Positions 39,351 to 53,300 of a stretch of DNA of 64,000 nt are shown here, in pieces. Under the pieces are notes generated by a model. That model had not been told where the DNA came from. It worked only from the letters and a program-made list of their open reading frames with translations, and made no database searches. The DNA lies in the NCBI GenBank assembly GCA_000165425.1, contig CT868492.1, forward strand, positions 124,001 to 188,000. Direction: 5' to 3'. This stretch comes from Paramecium tetraurelia. Lineage: Eukaryota. Every line of letters begins with the position of its first letter. The stretch's first letter is position 1. The translations under genes were made by a program, and so were the position numbers.

Positions 39351-40097
39351 ATGTAAACATACTTAAGATTTTTTCGATTTGCAACTCATCAATCTGATCC
39401 TTATGTAGTGTTGGGATTAAAAAAAAATGCCTCGATGGATTAGATTAAGGATGCTTATATTGGTTTATGTAAAAAATGTAATTGGTTGACAATACAAGGT
39501 AGACCATCCTGACTTAAACAGTCAAGAGGATGCCAGAGAAAAGTTTGCTCAGATTCATGAAGCTTATAATATTCTGAAACAAAAGAAATTCTATGAACAG
39601 ATTGACGAAGAGTTTAAGAAGAATTATTAGTAAGAATTTGATTTACAATAAATATAGTTAGGGCTAATCGGAGGAGGAGTGTTTTAAGAGGGTCTTCGGA
39701 TTTTACTTCTATGAAAAACCTTAGGAATATTACAAACCTGAAAATGCTCAAAAAAGAGCAGATTATTATGAATTACTGCGAAAATTCAAAAACCAATAAT
39801 AAAACACTTAAGAAATGCAGAACAGTGGCTTTCATGATGTTAAAATTAATAGAACCTTCAATTCAGATTCTATCTACAGTACTTGATAAGATGAGTTATA
39901 TAGGATACAGTGATCACACTTTATTGAAAGTCTTAATAATGTTTACTTTGGTTGTTTCAATAACAAGTGCTTATGTCTTCTTCTATAAACGATAAACTAC
40001 ATACGCCAAGAACACTATAACGGACTCGTAAATTGTGAGAATGCGAGCTTTGGCTTAATTAAGAGAACAAAGGTAGGCAAAGGAGAAATAAGAATGA
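39351..40097 (+). CDS. J-domain (DnaJ type III) protein with one TM helix, possibly mitochondrial
   Basis: DPYVVLGLKKNASMDQIKDAYIGLCKK|YHPDLN...KFAQIHEAYNIL with the HPD motif. TM-like LLKVLIMFTLVVSITSAYVFFY. Short Arg/Phe-rich N-terminus. Two 25-nt introns. Confidence 0.88.
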
Positions 40098-40128
40098 ACG
40101 TATAATTTCATAAAGGGAATTGTATAAA

Positions 40129-43100
40129 TCAGTCTCTTGTAAAGTTGTGAATCAAATTGTCAATCTTTCTCCACATGTCGTTCAAACTAGTAGTAATTTC
40201 CTTCCTGAACAATTCAGTAGCCTGTTGTTCACCAATGTCCAATTGCAATTTCTCCCTTAAGTATTCGATATCTGCAATCTCTTGGAGCTCAGGCATGCCT
40301 GCTGACAAATTCATAAGGAAGATATTGATTAGCAAATGCCCATGCTATCGAATTTGATTATAGGCTTTAGTGCAGAAATCCTCAAACCTTTGGAAATTGT
40401 GTCCTTACACTCCCCCCATTACATATGCCATCTCTTGAGTGAAGACAAAAGGAGTTCGTTCTCGATTGATTCCATATTTAGTTTTGAAATTACCTAAAAT
40501 AATGGTGAGTTTATTACCCAAAAAATGACCAAAATCTATATGAAATAGATGCCCACTTTCAGTTAACATGATGTTCCCACTGTGTCTATCTCCAATTCCA
40601 AGAAGATACGTGGCAACACAGTAGCCAGCACAAGATCTTAAGAAATTCTCAACTGCATTTTCCATGCTGTGTTTATTATGTTTTTTCAGATATTCCATAA
40701 TGGAACTTTTGTTCAAAGCTCCAAATTTGCCAGCATTCTCATGGATACTTGAAGTAGTGTCTGAATTGAGAACTACTTCAATCATTCCTACTTAATCCAA
40801 TGTGGAGATCACTTTGTATGGCTTCATACGATAATCAAGACCAAAATCTAACCATATTTTATCCATGATTTTTATCAATTGCAAGGTCAGCAAATCTTGT
40901 CTGATGTCATCTCCACATTTAAAAATAATAAGGAACTTGTCATTTATTGTGATTTTCCTTAGTTCCTTCTCTCTTCTTAGATTCTCAAGACAATCAGTAT
41001 CCTTCAAATTCTTAGAAGATAACATGATGATTTACTTTGGAATTTGAGTCACATCCCTAGTTTCAGCAGATTTCATAACTAACCATAAAGGTAGCTATAG
41101 ACATATATATACTCGATTACTTTTTTGCTATCTAATATTTTACATTTTTCGTAAATCAATTCTGAAGCACTCATTCTTGGGTCAATTGCAAATTGAAAGG
41201 TTTTAGAGAATTTCTGTCTGGCATCTTACAGTTTATTTTTCATCTCTTTTAACCTTTTGCCTGAATCCTTCTCTGTCTTGATAAAATCAGCAATCTACAT
41301 GATCTCATCATTGACTTAAACCTCACCAAACAACTCATATCTGTAATTTCCAAAAAGCATCATAAGCTATTCCAAAATTAAACTATATCTCTCGTAAGTT
41401 GGTTGAATGTGCAATTATGATCTCAATTACCAAAACAATTCATGTCCCACAACCCAAGGATTCATGATGGATCTTTCAATAAGCATTTCTCCCAAAGGTG
41501 AAAAATGACACTATTCAAAAATGAGAGCTTGAGTCAATTCCAGCATAAAAAGCACCAATTCATCATCCTTATATAGACCTACTCTCTTTGTAGCATAATA
41601 CCTAACTAGCTCATCCGAAATGTTTGCATCCAAGAGAGGCAAGGCATCATCAGAAGGTAGACTCGTCCAAACTTTCATCATCTGATATACTTCTCTAATC
41701 TCCTCAGGATCACTCCAATTGATAGCGCACAAAAAGATTGGAAATGCAGATGGCTAATTCTTGTAGTGATTTCTACATTTCAGCAGAATGAACTTGTCTT
41801 CATCTGTGTAAAGATGACGCTAAAGAGGATCAAATTTTAACAATCGATCCAATTTAGCCAATTCATTTGTGTTTGGAGTGGCTTTCCAATCTCTTTAAGG
41901 TCGCACTGTGACACTGGAATTCAAGGTTCCTCTCCTTTCTAAAATTCCATTCATATATTAGAGAGAAATCTGTTAGATATTCAATGGAGTGGAGGGGAAC
42001 CCAACTTATTTCATGTATTTCTCATCTCTCAAACTCCAATAAACATCTTCAATGAATGTGGGCATCCCAATAACCAATTAAGTGTAATAAGGTGTTCTCT
42101 CTTGATTTGGCAAGGCTGCTCCATAATATTCATTCATGCATGCTATCCTAGTATCACATTTATAGAATGGCCACACATTTAGATGCAGTCTGCCCTACTT
42201 TAGTTTTCCATTTTCATCAAATAGTTCTGTGATTGTACTACCAATTATTTGTTCTTCCCCATTTGAGGAATGCAAAACTATGTTGAAACACAATCTCAAT
42301 TCCATAGGTAACTAAGAGATTTTCAATCCTTAAAACGAAACGTCTTGATAAAACCAGGTGTTTTGCCTGAATGGTACTTTTTGACTGTTGACTATACTGA
42401 ATTTGGTCAAAGGAGTCTGGCCATACATCAATAGCACTTAAACAGATATCAAATACGGTTGTATATCGAGTTCATACTTCTACATTAGACATTCCATATT
42501 GGCTGTCCCTTATGGACCATGATTAAAAAAATGTGGATTAAAAGTCCCTTTAGAAAGTTATTTAATTTATGCAGCATCCTATTCCTTAGTCTTGCACAAC
42601 TTTAGGAAACTAATCTTCTTCTGCAATTTCTCTTCATCTTCCACCTTCACTTTTTTTTTAGAAGTATTATGTTATTCCTCTTGCTTTGCTGATGCTTTAG
42701 TAATAAATCTGGGTGGACATTGACCGTTATAAGTTGCTCTTCTTTTGTGCCCATTTTATTTTTTGAACTCGTCAAGATCTTTATCATCCAGTATGAAGAG
42801 TCTATGCACATTTGAGAGACACAGAATTTAAATTTTGAATCTGTAATCACATTCTCCAGAGTAGATGATGCTCTTTTTTAAAGGGAAGTAACGTTCTTAC
42901 AGCATTTAGTACCTCATCTCAACGAATTCCAAGCATCTCTCCTTAAGAAATAAACGAGGTCGTAAGGGTGAGAAATTCGAGTCTTGTCGACTTATCTTTT
43001 TTCTTTTTTTCCCCTCCTCGTTCTGTATATCTCGCAAGGGAAATGGAGCATAAAACAGAAAACAAGGGATGTCCATAAATTACTCCCAAGGTACACTTTC

Positions 43101-43832
43101 ATCTGCATTTCTTTCAAAAATGGGAGGAAAATTATCATACATCCTCCGAACCTTTGAAACTTCGGTTAGATTAACTTGCAAATATTATATACCTCTTAAA
43201 TTCATTCTGACTCTATCGTAACTCAATATTGAGTAGTTTCCTGCTAAGTATTCTCTAAAACCAGAAATCTACAGAACAAATTAATTCTCAGGGGATTTAG
43301 TTTTCAGTCTTACTTAAAAGTTGTTGTAGACTACTCTCAGGATCTTCTTGATCACCTCGTCTGAACAAGTGACTAAATCCACATGCAGTTCAATTGTTAT
43401 AGGATTTATATCTTAATATGCTTAGTCTTCCAATCTGATGTAATCGCTTAGATCTACAATCAATTTGAGTGAAGTGACTTTGGAGAATGCATCAGACATC
43501 GATGATTCAGCCAAATAGGTCGGCTCCTAGTTCACGATCTTATGCAATAAATATTCTGAGATTTCTCTCCTTCGATACCTTTAGTTTCTCAAAGTGTCCA
43601 TGTTCCATGAGGAATCAGGTAATTAAACCAATTTTTGGATATCCATAATATCCTTCTTTGCCTTAACTCTGTATACTTAAGGAACCTCATATTCAATGCA
43701 GATTTCATGATTCTTAAGATTGATAGTGAAGATTTAATGAGAATCCATATCAACACAAAGCAAATATTTAACCTTCTCATCAACCTAAGCTTTTGTAAAG
43801 ATTCTTTGGCTAGTTTACAATTATCTATCCAT
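40129..43832 (-). CDS. PI3K: Class I-type phosphoinositide 3-kinase catalytic subunit
   Basis: Kinase motifs [41 protein letters not shown] and RERTPFVFT. Helical domain [16 protein letters not shown]2 segment [14 protein letters not shown]. Ras-binding-domain-like segment upstream. ATG 43832, TGA 40129-40131. Confidence 0.93.
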
Positions 43833-43928
43833 TTTTAATGAATTTAAATATAATAGTGAAAGTGCTTTATTTTTGTAAGTAATTGTCAACTAGAGTCTCT
43901 AATAATATTAGTGATTATAAGAACTGCA

Positions 43929-44390
43929 ATGTTAAAGAAAATGATGTATTTTAATATGAGTAGCTGTAGCTGTGAATTAGAATTTGATATTGATTTAAAA
44001 AATGAGTGTATAGTTTTGAGAATCAAGAACAATAAAAAAAAGCAACTACTATAAAAAAGAAACATAACAACAGAAGAAATAGATAATATCATTAGAAAGG
44101 CTAAAGAAGAATAAGAGCAATAAAGAAATGAGAAAGATGAAGTTTATAAAAGATACAAAGTAGTAAAAACCTATTTATTATTTATCCGATTTAAAGTACA
44201 AGAAATGCTTACTATCCAAAGATTTAAATAATATAAATTGATTTAATATTATAATTTTGTTAATGTATAACTCAATTTACATGCATTAATCCAGATTCCT
44301 GATCATCTGAATCATCATCTTGATCTCTCTTCTTTCTAAAGAACAAGAATCCTATTAAACCTAGGAAAACAACAGATCCAACTATAATGA
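43929..44390 (+). pseudogene. Possible small or decayed gene (charged helical ORF)
   Basis: Open frame in code 6 including EEIDNIIRKAKEEQEQQRNEKDEVYKRYK. The first TGA lies inside the convergent giant gene, so the 3' end is implausible as written. Confidence 0.25.
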
Positions 44391-47300
44391 GTATGATCCA
44401 CCAAGCTTTAGAGCTTGAACCATTATCATCATCACCTCCATTATCTGGTTTAATATTTAATTAAATCGATTTAGAGACAGATCTGTAATCGTTTGAAAAT
44501 GTTATTGTTAAGGTTTGGTTTTGAAGATTGGCACTTTCTCCGAAGTACAAACTGATATCCTTTCTAATCTCATATTGATTTAATCCCTTACTGATTTTAC
44601 TTGATATCAAAGTTGAGCCCTAAAGTATAAATAAAAATAATTACTTGTAAATGAAGTGGGAAATCACTTGGTTCCAGTTTCTATGTTCCAATGGTAAATG
44701 AAAAGGAACCTCTTATCACAGAAACAGCACTATCTGTAATGTGATAAACACCAACAACAACTTTCGATTTATTTATAAATGACACAATAACTGATTCCTT
44801 ATTAGCAGCCACAGTATTTAAAGCTTTCCATGTTCCGTATCTATTTAGTGCCACTTTGACTTTAGTATCGGTCAACTTATTTGAATGGTTGTCAGAAATA
44901 GCAAATTACAGAGTGAAAACATAAGATGATGCATTATCAGTAACAACCACTATGGTGACACTCTTAGTTTTATCCTTAATTGATTCATCTATAATCTTAT
45001 TAGAATAATAATGGGTCTAATCATTTGCATATTGCTTATTTTCATTTAACCATTTGTTAAGTAACAAATACTCAATGTATATAAATTTGGTTTCAGAGGT
45101 AGCTTTTGTAATGCTGACATCAACAAATAACAATCCATTTACGCTATCAGAAATAATGAATTAAACTGCAAATGAGTTTTCCTCAGAATGAGTCACTGAA
45201 TGAACAAATGAGGATGGTCTAAATTATTTAGGTGTTTATTGTCCTAATTTAGATTAAATGAATTGATAATCAATGGTAAACAATAAAGTAGATGACCAAA
45301 TTCCATCCATTGATTATAATTTATGAATTGTAATATATCCATCATAATTTTCAGGATTCAATGAATCAGTATGAAGAACTGCAACAACATCTTAAGCCAA
45401 AGCTATAATTTAAGTAGCAGATGGTGCAGAAATGAAAGCATTTTCTCTCTTACATTCTTATTTATCATTACAATTAGCAACCAATATTTAATCTTCAACT
45501 CCATTATTACAAAGGGAATAGAGGGACTTTTCATAAGATGTTATTCTGAAACAATCATATTCTTCGCCTAAAGCATCAAGAATTGGTTTGCTTTCTTCTA
45601 ATTTATTGTCCTTCATCAAAAGAACTGTTTTTGTTGCTTAAAGAACTACATTGTTTTAGAAGGCTGAGGTGTCTTTGAAATAGTAATTCTAAAGAACATA
45701 ATTTTTCGTTTAATGTAGATATGATTATAAGAAGATATTATTAGTTTTTTGTTATAGCAATGTACAATAGGGTTCTTATCCACTAATCCAATCATTATCT
45801 AATTTAATAGTAGTTGAATTTTGTAAAGGTTCAATATCAATTGATTAAGTGGATTTTTTGTCATCAACGATCAAGTTTGTGAATGTATTGATCACTTTAA
45901 CTGTTTATTTAAATGGAAGTAAATTATTTAAGGAATCAGCATTCTTAACATTAATTGAAATTTCGTAATCAGTTAGATATTTTTGTTTCTATTTGTTAGG
46001 AATGAGAATCAATTGTGGATCAAGTACAATAAAATCTAATTATTAAACTGTTTCACCGTTGGCTAATGTAAGTATATAGGCTGATCCAATTGGGTCTGAT
46101 CCACTTGCAGATACTGCAAAGGTATCATCAACTTTAGCATTGATTTTAACAGCCAAATAAAAGGTGTCATGTTGTAATAATCCTGGTTTGTAAATGTTCA
46201 AATATACATTATCATTTTTGGTGGTTCTTATTACTAAAATACCAGTTTATAAATGTGATGAGACACCTAAAGGATTGACAATTTAATATCCAAATAATTC
46301 TACAGTCTTCTGCTTGAAAACATTATTAATTTTTTCATAATTGTATTCACTCAATTCTTTGTTATTCACAAAGAAGAAGGAATTAGTTGATGAAGTTATG
46401 TATATTTAATTGCCCTTTGTATAATCCACCTTCGATCCGTAAATGAATTCTTGGTTGCTGTAATTGATAATAGCAACATTGTTCTCATTTTGAACAAAGA
46501 TCACATTTTATCTTAGGACTCTATTGCCATATAACTTTATAGGTTTCCAATCTCCTTAAAATCCAATCAAAGTTGCTCCTGTTACTTTATTGATCAAAGT
46601 AAACTTCTCTGTGGAATAAGAGGACAAATCCCCATTTTATTAAATCACAAACAAAAAGTTACCTTGATTCTAGAATGCTACTGCTTTGAGTTCATCCTTC
46701 TCTTCATTTTCATTTAATTTGATTGTTCCATACAAAACAGTAACCCTATTTTTAATTTTGAAGAATTTAATTATAAATGGTGTTTCTAATAAGATGAAAT
46801 GAACTGTTTTCTCACTATCCTACCAAATACTGAAAAGCTAATCTGATAACTGTTCTTTCACTTACACATTTCCTTAGTCTTTACATTCATATCTAACGTG
46901 ATCAGTTAACTCACAATCTTAAATAACAACTTTCTTATCCTCTTGCTAGAATACTTAGTATAGGGTTTCTTAATTAATGTCAACCAAAGATGTCTAATAC
47001 AATGGTTTTTTTGGCCAGTTGGTCACTTTTATTGTTCTCTAATGGGCAATCTGGGCAAAGACATCCAAGTCTGGCTCTGCAGATAAGTTCAAGAAATTGT
47101 TGGAATTCTATGGTGATTTAGGTTGAACAATCTCATAAATCAAATTAGGACCTGACACCAAACTTCCTAATGTTATTTGTTCGTCGTTTTCATCTAAAAC
47201 CTTTGGGAAAGGAGTTTCAGTATCAACCTTTTTGTAGATTGTCTCACTATTTCCAGCCAATACTTGATAGTATATTCTTGAATAACAAACTTAATTGTGT

Positions 47301-50300
47301 TGAGATTTGGCTTGAATTGTGACAGCTTTGAAATTAGCACTTGCTTAGGCATTTCCATTGAATCTCAATAATCCCAAACCGAAGGTCCAAGCTGAAGAAG
47401 ATGTGAGAGAAAGTGTAACAATATCTTGACTGTTTGGATTTACGATTCCAGCTCCATTTGACACATTTACAATATCTATTAAACTGCTGTTCTCATCATC
47501 GAAATGATAAATGTATAGACTTCCTTGATTATGCAAAAACACATATTTCTCACTTGACTTAATATATTGAGGATAAGTCAAACTAGCAAATGGCAGATCC
47601 TATACTTTTTGAACTTTACCTTCATAATTTATGATTCCATAGTAATTATAACCCTTTATTACAAACATTTCCTCGCTGTTGCTAAATACAGTTCTATCAA
47701 AAGCAAAACTTTGGCCAAAATTAAATCCAATAAATCTAGAAAACTTCCAATCAGTATCAAAAAAGACAACAAAGATGCCCAATTTAGCATCTAATAAATA
47801 AATTTACCCATTCAATCCAATTTAGAAATCAACAATATTCAATTAATTTATCTATTTACCAGAAATATTAGATAATTTGGTTTTATCTAAAGTTGTTTTA
47901 CTAACTAAGCCATCATTTGTAAGTGCGAATAATTCAACAAATGAATTATTGGCTAATTAACCTTCAGCATTAATTGACAATGAAACTCTGACAACATAAT
48001 GATCATCCTTCAATTTGTATGTACCCAACACTCTGTTCAAAGAGTTATTGTCAACTAAAACAGTTTATGTTTCTTCAGTTCCTTTAATTAATAATAAGAG
48101 TTTGTTATTTTAGATTTAACAATCAACAACAAAAGTGGTAGTTGATAATTAAACAAAATCTAAGCAACTAAGATTGGCATCTGTCTTTTTAATGTTAACA
48201 ATTTGATTGAATGATGGAGCCTTATTTATAGATGCACTAATATTAAATATAATTTATTACGTATCTGTATAAAAAATGGAATATTTAGAACCATCCTTAT
48301 TTAAAAATCCAAATTGGTTAGACCATGCTCTATTCTATGTGACTAATGCTTTAGCTGATACTATTTATGTTGCACCTAATTAATTATAAATTTATATAAT
48401 ATACCTTGTTTATGAATTTATAGATTCTCCTATTTATTATATTGCTTAAAATACTGAAAAATCAGTTGTGTCTACACTATATTTTAGAGAAACCCCATCA
48501 AATAAGTTTTAAGTTAATGACCATTACAGAACTTCTCCTTATGAAGGATAAATCTTTAGATCGGTAACCTTGGTTCTACATTCGTCTTTATCTACAGGGA
48601 TAATTGATAAATTTATAGTTCTGACGACTCTTCTAAAATCGTTCTAAAATGTTAGAGTTAGTTTCTAAGTATGCAATTTCTTTGGCTCCCCAAATTTCAA
48701 TATTTATTGATATCTAACTTAATTTTAATAGACTCCAACTGTAGAAGTACTTGTCAAAAATAATTCATCTGAGTTGTAAATTAAGAAATCTTGAGGTGTG
48801 ATTTATTTTTTAAAGGTTGCAAAGGTATGAGAACCTTGAATAGTTTATACATATGCATTCTCTTAATCAGTTGGAATCTTGTAAACTCCAATGACAACCT
48901 CTAAATTTTTGACATAAGGAATTGCTATTGAAGATGATGAAGCTGATACATAGTTCAAAGTCTTGAAATTACCATATCTATTCAAATTAAAAATTGTTTT
49001 AATTTAACTTAATTTATTTGACACATTAGCTTATATAGCAAAAGTTAATTCAAACACATATGATGATGAAATATCAGTAACAAGAACCAACTTCACAGTT
49101 TTTTTGATTGGATAGTCAATTTGTTGAGTAATTATTTAAGCTTAATAGTAATGTGTATCATCACTTGCATATTGCTCTACATTTAGCCAGTCTTTCAAAA
49201 GCTGATATTCCAAAAACTAATATTTGACTTCTGAAGTAGTCTTTGAAAGAGTTAAATCAACAAACAATAAACCATTTACACTATCTGTGATAATCAATTA
49301 TAAATAAAATAGAGAAGCATTATTTCCTGTTGGTGAATGAACAAATGAGGATGGTCTAAATTATTTAGGTGCTTATTGTCCTAATTTAGATTAGATGAAT
49401 TGATAATCAATAGTAAACAATAAAGTAGATGACCAAATTCCATCGATTGATTATAATTTATGAATTGTAATGTATCCATCATAATTTTCAGGATTCAATG
49501 AATCAGTATGTAGAACTGCAACAACATCTTAATTTAATGCTATAATTTAAGTAGCAAATGGAGCAGAAATGAAAGCATTTTCTCTTTTACATTCTTATTT
49601 ATCATTACAACTAGCAACCTATATTTAATCTTCAACTCCATTATTACAAAGGGAATAGAGTCTTGTGATATCAGCTTCTAATCTATAGCATTTATATTGA
49701 TCTGATAATTTTGGTAAGAGAGGTTGGGCATTCTTTAGGTCATTTCCCTTAAATGACAGCACTGTATTTGAAGCTTATAAAAATGTAACAGCAAAAGGTT
49801 TAGCTACATCATATATATAGTAATCCATTAGGACACCCATATCTTAGCTAACGAAAGGTAAAAGAGTTATATCATCATTCATTGCCTATAAAGATAACTC
49901 TGTATTTATTATTTATCCTCCAATCCAATCAGATCGGATTGCCACTTCTTATGCTTAATCAGTTTCGTTAATTTCAATCGACTTCAAATAATCTTCATCA
50001 TTCACAATTAAATTAGTCATAGTATTTGCTACTTTTACATTCTATTCATAATGTACTTTTTATGTTTTGTCATCCCCATTCATGATATCCATAACAATCA
50101 AGAAGTTTGAAACAAACTTTTAAAGTTTTTTTATTGGTATAATAACTAACTCAGGGTTGAGTAGGATAAAGTTTAATTATTAAATTTTTTATCCATTAGC
50201 AAAAGTTATAATGTAGAGAGATCCTCCTAATGATAATTAAAATTAGTCATCCGATTTAATTCCGTTTAATTTAAATGATAAATAGAATGTATCATGTTGT

Positions 50301-53300
50301 GTTAATGAAGGTCTATAAATATTTAAATAAACATCTTATGCTTTAGTAGTTTTAATTACTAGATTACCAGTTGAGAGTTAAGATGTTACAACTAATGGAC
50401 TTGCAATTGAGTATTCAAACAATTGCACTGTCTTTGCTTTGAAAATATTTAATAAGTTTTAATAATTGTATTCAAGTATTTCTTTATTGTTAACTAAAAA
50501 GAATGAATTCTTAGCAGCTGAAATATAGATTTAATTATTTTAAGTATAATCCATAGATTAAATGAATATGAATTCTGTATTGATGTAATTGATAATGGCA
50601 ATGTTATTTTCATTTTGAACAAATACAATGTTTGACTTTATCATTCTATTACCATATAATTTTAATGGCTTCCATTATCCACCATATCCAATCAAATCAT
50701 TTCCAGTTATACTATTCACAAATGAGAATTAACTACTCCAATAACTACTTAAAACGCCATTCTTTTATAAAATAAACAAGTAATCTCCTTAATTTAAAAT
50801 ACTTAATATTTATTAACCCTCTTGTTATGTAAATGAGACTGATGTCTCTTCTATTATAACTCCTTCAGCATCTGAATAAGCTGTCACTTTATATAAGGAT
50901 GATATGGTTATAAATCTCACTACATTATCATTATCTTACCATATGCTAAATAATTATTCAGATATTGGTTCTTAAAGTTAAACATTTCCATAATCTTTAC
51001 AAACATATTTAACATGATCAGTCAAAACACAAAGTTAAATTGTTAACTTCTTATCTTAAGTTTGGAAGATCTAGAATAAGGTTTCTCTATCGTTTGCTAC
51101 TAATTCAGTGCTGTATATAGGAGATTTAGGCCAATCAATAACTTAAATCTATCTGTTTTATGCAACCTAAGCACTGAAATCTAAAGGCATTTATGGCAAG
51201 GTAAGGCCGTACTCAAGATTAGGTCCTGATAGAATATTGCCCATTTAGAATTATTCAAATAGTTCATCGAAAACTTAAGGGAATGGCTAATTGGATTTAT
51301 TTTTCCTGATTGGAACTTTGCTGCTGCTTTCAATTACTTGGTACTGAATCTTAGTGGAGCATTAAAGATTATGTTAAGATGTAGCTGTAATTGTTAAATC
51401 TTTGAATTCTTAAGTTGCTGGACTGACTCCACTGAATTTTAATGATCCCAAGCTAACATTCCATCTAGCTGATGCCTTCAAAGACACTGTCACAATTTCT
51501 TGAATGAAGGGGTTGACAATTAACGCACCATTTGTTAAATCAATAATATCAATTAAGCCACTATTGTTATCATCAGAATGATAAACAAATAAGGAGATCG
51601 AATTCTTAACATATATATAGTTTGAGCTTGCTTAAATGGATTAAGGATAGGTGATGGAATTGAATTATAAATCCTAAACCTTTTTTGTTTCTCCATCAGA
51701 ATCAAATTAATACATAATAATTGAATCCTTAAACAACGGAATGCTTCCCTTTTTCGTTTTTAAGTAAAGGTTCTTGCAAATGAAAATGCTTGACCAAATT
51801 TAAATGTTATCCACTTTTAATATCTCCACTCTGTATCAAAGTTAACTACAATGATGCCCAATTTAGCATCTAATAAATAGAAGTATCCATTCAATCCAAT
51901 TTGGAAATCAACAATATTCAATTAATTTATTTATTTTCCAGAAATCTTAGACAATGTACTTTTATCAAGTGTTTATTTGGCTTATAGTTGACCATTTACA
52001 TATTAGAATAATTCAATAAATGAATCATTAGCTAATGAACCTTCATTTGTAATGGATAAAGTAACTCTGATAACAAATTAATTAGTTTTAACCTGGAAAG
52101 TGCCGATTGCTCTTTATAATTAAGAATTAGTAATTGTTGGTGTTTAAATTTCTTCAGTTCCTTTAATTAATAATAAGAATTTATTATTTTAGATTTAACA
52201 ATCAACAACAAATGTGTTAGTTGATAATTAAACAAAATCTAAGCAATTAAGATTGGCATCTGTCTTTTTAATGTTAACAATTTGATTGAATGATGGAGCC
52301 TTATTTATAGTTGCACTAATATTAAATATAATTTATTACGTATCTGTATAAAAAATGGAATATTTAGAACCATCCTTATTTAAAAATCCAAATTGGTTAG
52401 ACCATGCTCTATTCTATGTGACTAATGCTTTAGCTGATACTATTTATGTTGCACCTAATTAATTATAAATTTATATAATATACCTTGTTTATGATTTATA
52501 GATTCTCCTATTTATGATATTGCTTAAACTACTGAAAAATCAGTCGTGTCTACACTATATTTTAGAGAGACACCATCAAATAGGTTTTAAGTTAATTACC
52601 ATTACAGAACTTCTCCTTATGAAGGATAAATCTTTAGATCGGTAACCTTGCTTTAACATTCATCTTAATCCACAGGGATAATTGATAAATTGATAGTTCT
52701 GACGACTCTTCTAAAATCGTTCTAAAATGTTAACGTTAGTTTCTATGTATGCAATTTCTTTGGCTCCCCAAATTTCAATATTTATTGATATCTAACTTAA
52801 TTTTAATAGACTCCAACTGTAGAAGTACTTGTCAAGAATAATTCATCTGAGTTGTAAATTAAGAAATCTTGAGGTGTGATTTATTTTTTAAAGGTTGCAA
52901 AGGTATGAGAACCTTAAATAGTTTATACATATGCATTTTCTTAATCAGTTGGAATCTTGTAAACTCCAATGACAACCTCTAAATTTTTGACATAAGGTAT
53001 TGCTATTGAAGATGATGAAGCTGATACATAGTTCAAAGTCTTGAAATTACCATATCTATTCAAATTAAAAATTGTTCTAATTTAACTTAATTTATTTGAC
53101 ACATTAGCTTATATAGCAAAAGTTAATTCAAACACATATGATGACGAAATATCAGTAACAAGAACCAACTTCACAGTTTTTTTAATTGGATAGTCAATTT
53201 GTTGAGTAATTATTTAAGCTTAATAGTAATGTGTATCATCACTTGCATATTGCTCTACATTTAGCCAGTCTTTCAAAAGCTGATATTCCAAAAACTAATA

